From Glaciecola sp. (GTDB lineage: Bacteria; Pseudomonadota; Gammaproteobacteria; Enterobacterales; Alteromonadaceae): 64,000 nucleotides of DNA. The stretch lies in contig JAWUVZ010000096.1 in assembly GCA_034112105.1 (NCBI GenBank), forward strand, positions 4,429 through 68,428, in the 5' to 3' direction. A program made the translations under genes and the position numbers. A model generated the notes under the pieces. It made no database searches and was not told where the DNA came from. It saw nothing but the letters and a program-made list of their open reading frames with translations. Below, piece by piece: positions 60,681 through 64,000 of this stretch. How positions within the stretch are numbered: the stretch's first letter is position 1; each line of letters opens with the position of its first letter.

Positions 60681-61073
60681 TCACTTTTTTAGAACCGCGT
60701 GCTCCGTCCGCAAGTATTCAATGTCATTGCGAAGTTCTTCATCGGACATTTCTTCTGAAGATTTATTGCTTATAACACGAGGCTTATTTTTCATAGGCTC
60801 CGCTTGTCTCTCGGGCTCAAGACCTACTATACCTTTAGCATTATAGTCACTCAACCACTTCGAAAGAATCCCGGGTGATGACAGGTTAAATACAGCGCTA
60901 GTGTGGCTTAAAGACCACTGGTTTTTATTCATGGCATCAAGTATCGATAATTTGAACTGTGCTGAGGGATTAATGGTGCCACTTTCGAATGCGGTTTCAC
61001 CATGAATTGTTACAACCTAACCCCAATACCTTATCTGCCTTTTAAACAGTGGTGAATATTTTGATTTATACAT
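60681..61073 (-). pseudogene. IS3 transposase OrfA with premature stop
   Basis: ATG at 61073 reads MYKSKYSPLFKRQIRYWG then TAG (61017-61019); the frame resumes with ...WSLSHTSAVFNLSSPGILSKW...YLRTEHAVLKK. Confidence 0.85.
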
Positions 61074-61226
61074 AAAAAAAAACCCGAAGGTTTTGTCTAA
61101 CTTTCGGGGGTCACTTCAGAATTTACTCCCAGCTTTTTTTATACCTTTAGAAAAAGTTATTTTGGTTTTGATTTGATAAATGTTTTAGACTAACTTACTT
61201 CTATAAGAAATTGATCTGTAATATAC

Positions 61227-64000
61227 ATGTTTGCCTTTATAATTAATAAGATACTCAGTCCAAAGTTTTGGTTCTCTATATCCCTCTTCATTTTTGGATT
61301 AATGATGACGCAAACTATCGAAGCTAAGTTGTTTTATGACAAACTAAGTCGCGATGTTTCTTTCTCGATGTTGAATGAACGACATGTGCTTTCGGGGCCA
61401 GTAATTAATGATATCGAACAGGACATTCAAGGATTTATTTGGATCGCTACACAAGATGGGCTAAATAAATACGACGGTCAGAAAGTTACACACTATAAGC
61501 CCGATGCAGATGATCCGAATAGTCTCCCTAGCGGTTGGATTGTGGATGTTTTTTCCGATAGTGAGGGCAATTTATGGATCGCTGGCGCAGAAACTATCAG
61601 TCTCTATATACCCGAAATAGATGGCTTCCAAAATTTCTCGGATCCGAAACAATATCCGCTTATTCAAGGCCTTAAGTTTACCGTAATATCACAAGCTGAG
61701 CAGAAACAAATCTGGTTTGGTACGAAAGACAGTGGCATCGTTATTTTTGACATTGCTAAATCTAAATTTATTAATATATTCAATAAGATGTCGGGGCTTC
61801 AGTCAAATAAGATTTTGGATATTGCTGTTGATGAAATACAGAATGTTTTCATAGCTACCGAAGACGCTGGATTATTGTATAGAGCAGCTGGTGCTAATAC
61901 ATTTTTAACTTTTAGCTCTGAATCAGATATCAAAATACCTACTAATAAAATTCGTTCAATACTAATCGATCAGAAAAATAGAGTATGGCTTGGCACAATA
62001 AATTCGGGTCTAATATTGTTTGACCCACAAAAAGGTGTTCAAAAACACTTTGAGTCAAGTATCGATGATCCCTACAGCATTTGCTCGAATTCAATCAATG
62101 ATATTTTCCAAGACAAGGATGGTTATATTTACATTGCTACTGAGAGTGGCGGCCTTTGTGAATGGGATGAGAATACAGAGTCGTTTATTCGATACGTTCA
62201 CAATGAATCAAATAGTGGCAGTTTAGTCGATGATCGCGTTATTAGTTTATTTCAAGATCACGGTGGTGTTCTTTGGATTGGTACATTCACTGGAATCAGT
62301 AAATGGAACCGTTCTGTTAACAGTTTTCAGCTTGTTAATAGAAAAAAGCCTACAGGAAAAAGCTTATCGAGCGATGTTATCTCTTCATTCGCCGAAGCCG
62401 AAAATGGTGACTTATACGTTGGAACTTGGGGAGCAGGGATTAATGTGATCGACGTTAATAAATCTACTATCTCATATATAAAGGCTCAGCCTGGCATTAA
62501 AGGTGCTTTACAGAATGACCGAATAACGACGTTATTAATCGACTCAAAACAGAACCTCTGGGTTGGCACTCATCGAGATGGTTTGCACTTTCGAGCAAAG
62601 GGAAGCAAAATATTTAAGCAGTTCATCCACGATCCTGCTGATGATTCAACGCTGAGTTCAAGTAAAATAAGTAAAATAATGGAAATAGGTAATGGAAACA
62701 TTGCTATTGGTACTTTTGGAGGAGGTATTAATATTCTTAATACCTCTGGCAATATACAACGCTTTAAACATGACGATAACAATAAAAAAAGTCTTTCTCA
62801 CGATAGAATAACCCACATGGTAGAAGGCGACAATAATACTATTTGGATTGCTACTCATGGTGGTGGGTTAAATCGGTTTGACTTAGCTACTAAAGAGTTT
62901 ATGAGTGTAACTATAGAGAGTACGGAAATATGGAGTATCTTACTGACAGACAAGGACCTTTGGTTTAGTACCAGTGACAAAGGCGTAGGCAGAATTTCAA
63001 CTCTCGACCTGAAAAACGAACAATACGATTTTGAATATATTGGTTTAAAGGAAGGCTTAGCTGCTAACTTTGCCTATGGTTTGCTTTCTGATGAACGTGG
63101 TTATATATGGATCAGTACGACAAAAGGAATTAGTTTCATCTCACCTGTAAATAACAAAGTTAGTAATTTTAATATTAACCATGGGTTGCAAGGTGAAGAT
63201 TTTAACAGCAGTGCATTTTTTAAAGGTCAAGAAAGCCGAATGTTTTTTGGTGGTTCGAATGGCTTTAATACTTTCATTTCAAACAATATACCGCTTAATT
63301 TATACAAACCGCCAGTCGTTCTGACGGCATATCGCCGATTAAACGAATCAATACCGATTGAACGTGCTTTTAATAGTGAGGGTGTTATAGAGCTTGATTA
63401 TGACGAAGCTAACTTTGGTTTTAGTTTTGCAGCTCTCGATTTTACTCGTCCTGACTATAACCTTTATCAGTATCGCTTAAGCGCTGATGAAACTGATTGG
63501 ATTGATTTGGATAACTCAAATCAAGTAAGTCTCAATTTAACAGATGGTTATTATGTAGTTCAAGTGAGGGGCAGTAACAACGATGGTATTTGGTCCGATG
63601 ATATTTTAGAAATTCCTGTATTGGTAAATCCGCCTATGCATCGCTCTTCTATTGCCTATTTAACTTACTTTTGGATTGTTGTTTTTATTGCATACCGTCT
63701 ATTCACCATGGCGCAGCGAAAAAAGCTAAAGCAAATCGCATACAGCTTGCAACTTGAAAAAGAAGTAAATTTAAGGACTTCTGAACTTGAGCTCGCAAAT
63801 AGTCAATTAGCAGATGCTGTAGACGAAACGAGTAAAGCGAAAGATCTAGCCATTAAAGCTGCTCAAGCCAAATCGAACTTCCTGGCAATAGTGAGTCATG
63901 AAATTAGGACGCCAATGAATAGCATTATTGGTATGAGTGAACTCCTGTTATCATCTCCGCTAAATGAAAACCAAAAGCGTTACGCGAATGCAGTTAGTCG
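61227..64000 (+). CDS. Sensor histidine kinase (likely hybrid) with periplasmic beta-propeller and Y_Y_Y domains; truncated by the window end
   Basis: Manual translation with frame spot-checked at several points: signal peptide MFAFIINKILSPKFWFSISLFIFG, QDIQGFIWIATQDGLNKYDG propeller repeats, FSFAALDF...VRGSNNDGIWS (Y_Y_Y), TM helix, KSNFLAIVSHEIRTPMN (HisKA). Confidence 0.92.
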   Translation, partial: MFAFIINKILSPKFWFSISLFIFGLMMTQTIEAKLFYDKLSRDVSFSMLNERHVLSGPVINDIEQDIQGFIWIATQDGLNKYDGQKVTHYKPDADDPNSLPSGWIVDVFSDSEGNLWIAGAETISLYIPEIDGFQNFSDPKQYPLIQGLKFTVISQAEQKQIWFGTKDSGIVIFDIAKSKFINIFNKMSGLQSNKILDIAVDEIQNVFIATEDAGLLYRAAGANTFLTFSSESDIKIPTNKIRSILIDQKNRVWLGTINSGLILFDPQKGVQKHFESSIDDPYSICSNSINDIFQDKDGYIYIATESGGLCEWDENTESFIRYVHNESNSGSLVDDRVISLFQDHGGVLWIGTFTGISKWNRSVNSFQLVNRKKPTGKSLSSDVISSFAEAENGDLYVGTWGAGINVIDVNKSTISYIKAQPGIKGALQNDRITTLLIDSKQNLWVGTHRDGLHFRAKGSKIFKQFIHDPADDSTLSSSKISKIMEIGNGNIAIGTFGGGINILNTSGNIQRFKHDDNNKKSLSHDRITHMVEGDNNTIWIATHGGGLNRFDLATKEFMSVTIESTEIWSILLTDKDLWFSTSDKGVGRISTLDLKNEQYDFEYIGLKEGLAANFAYGLLSDERGYIWISTTKGISFISPVNNKVSNFNINHGLQGEDFNSSAFFKGQESRMFFGGSNGFNTFISNNIPLNLYKPPVVLTAYRRLNESIPIERAFNSEGVIELDYDEANFGFSFAALDFTRPDYNLYQYRLSADETDWIDLDNSNQVSLNLTDGYYVVQVRGSNNDGIWSDDILEIPVLVNPPMHRSSIAYLTYFWIVVFIAYRLFTMAQRKKLKQIAYSLQLEKEVNLRTSELELANSQLADAVDETSKAKDLAIKAAQAKSNFLAIVSHEIRTPMNSIIGMSELLLSSPLNENQKRYANAVS

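Larger units (their letters stand above)
59767..61118 (-). mobile_element. IS3-family (IS150-group-like) insertion sequence, 1352 bp, defective
   Basis: Terminal inverted repeats TGAAGTGACCCCATAAAGTTGGACA / TGAAGTGACCCCCGAAAGTTAGACA (22/25 identical, TG...CA ends); 3-bp target duplication GAA (59764-59766 and 61119-61121). Confidence 0.95.

Noticed and set aside
808-62858. Numerous 60-140 aa ORFs in the track that overlap larger genes (e.g. 5934-6158, 19863-20231, 35736-36131, 42491-42916, 59336-59581, 62020-62448)
   Set aside because: Antisense or out-of-frame shadows of well-supported genes, with no recognisable motifs

Overview
Chromosomal window (roughly 40% GC by eye) from a marine Alteromonadaceae-like gammaproteobacterium; Glaciecola-like is my inference from gene content and protein style. 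Left to right: (1) a sugar-uptake locus (TonB receptor, tryptophan-halogenase family, SapC, Na+/solute symporter) divergent from galT-galK-oxidoreductase; (2) a beta-propeller/Y_Y_Y GGDEF-EAL sensor and DUF885; (3) housekeeping genes yjgA, pmbA, arcA, glgA, rsmC, trmB, mutY, yggX and tRNA-Phe; (4) an accessory block with an iodotyrosine-deiodinase-like flavoprotein and a complete sigma54-driven catabolic operon of unknown substrate (PrpR-like activator, TonB receptor, CoA-transferase, HMG-CoA-lyase family, hydantoinase/oxoprolinase A+B, cysteine amidase); (5) rpsF-rpsR-rplI, thiolase, arsC-acr3, MOSC, ECF sigma/anti-sigma/DUF4097, chrA and dnaB; (6) a non-coding array of 8 units with strict 16-bp period (conserved AATCTAGC core plus unique 8-bp spacers) followed by a perfect 14-bp inverted repeat, then a secreted S8 protease with C-terminal 16-aa tandem repeats, a decayed IS3 element and a propeller-type sensor histidine kinase cut by the window end. 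The best leads are the 16-bp array, the orphan lactam/amide catabolic operon and the protease-repeat/sensor-kinase pair. All calls come from reading motifs by eye; no searches were run.
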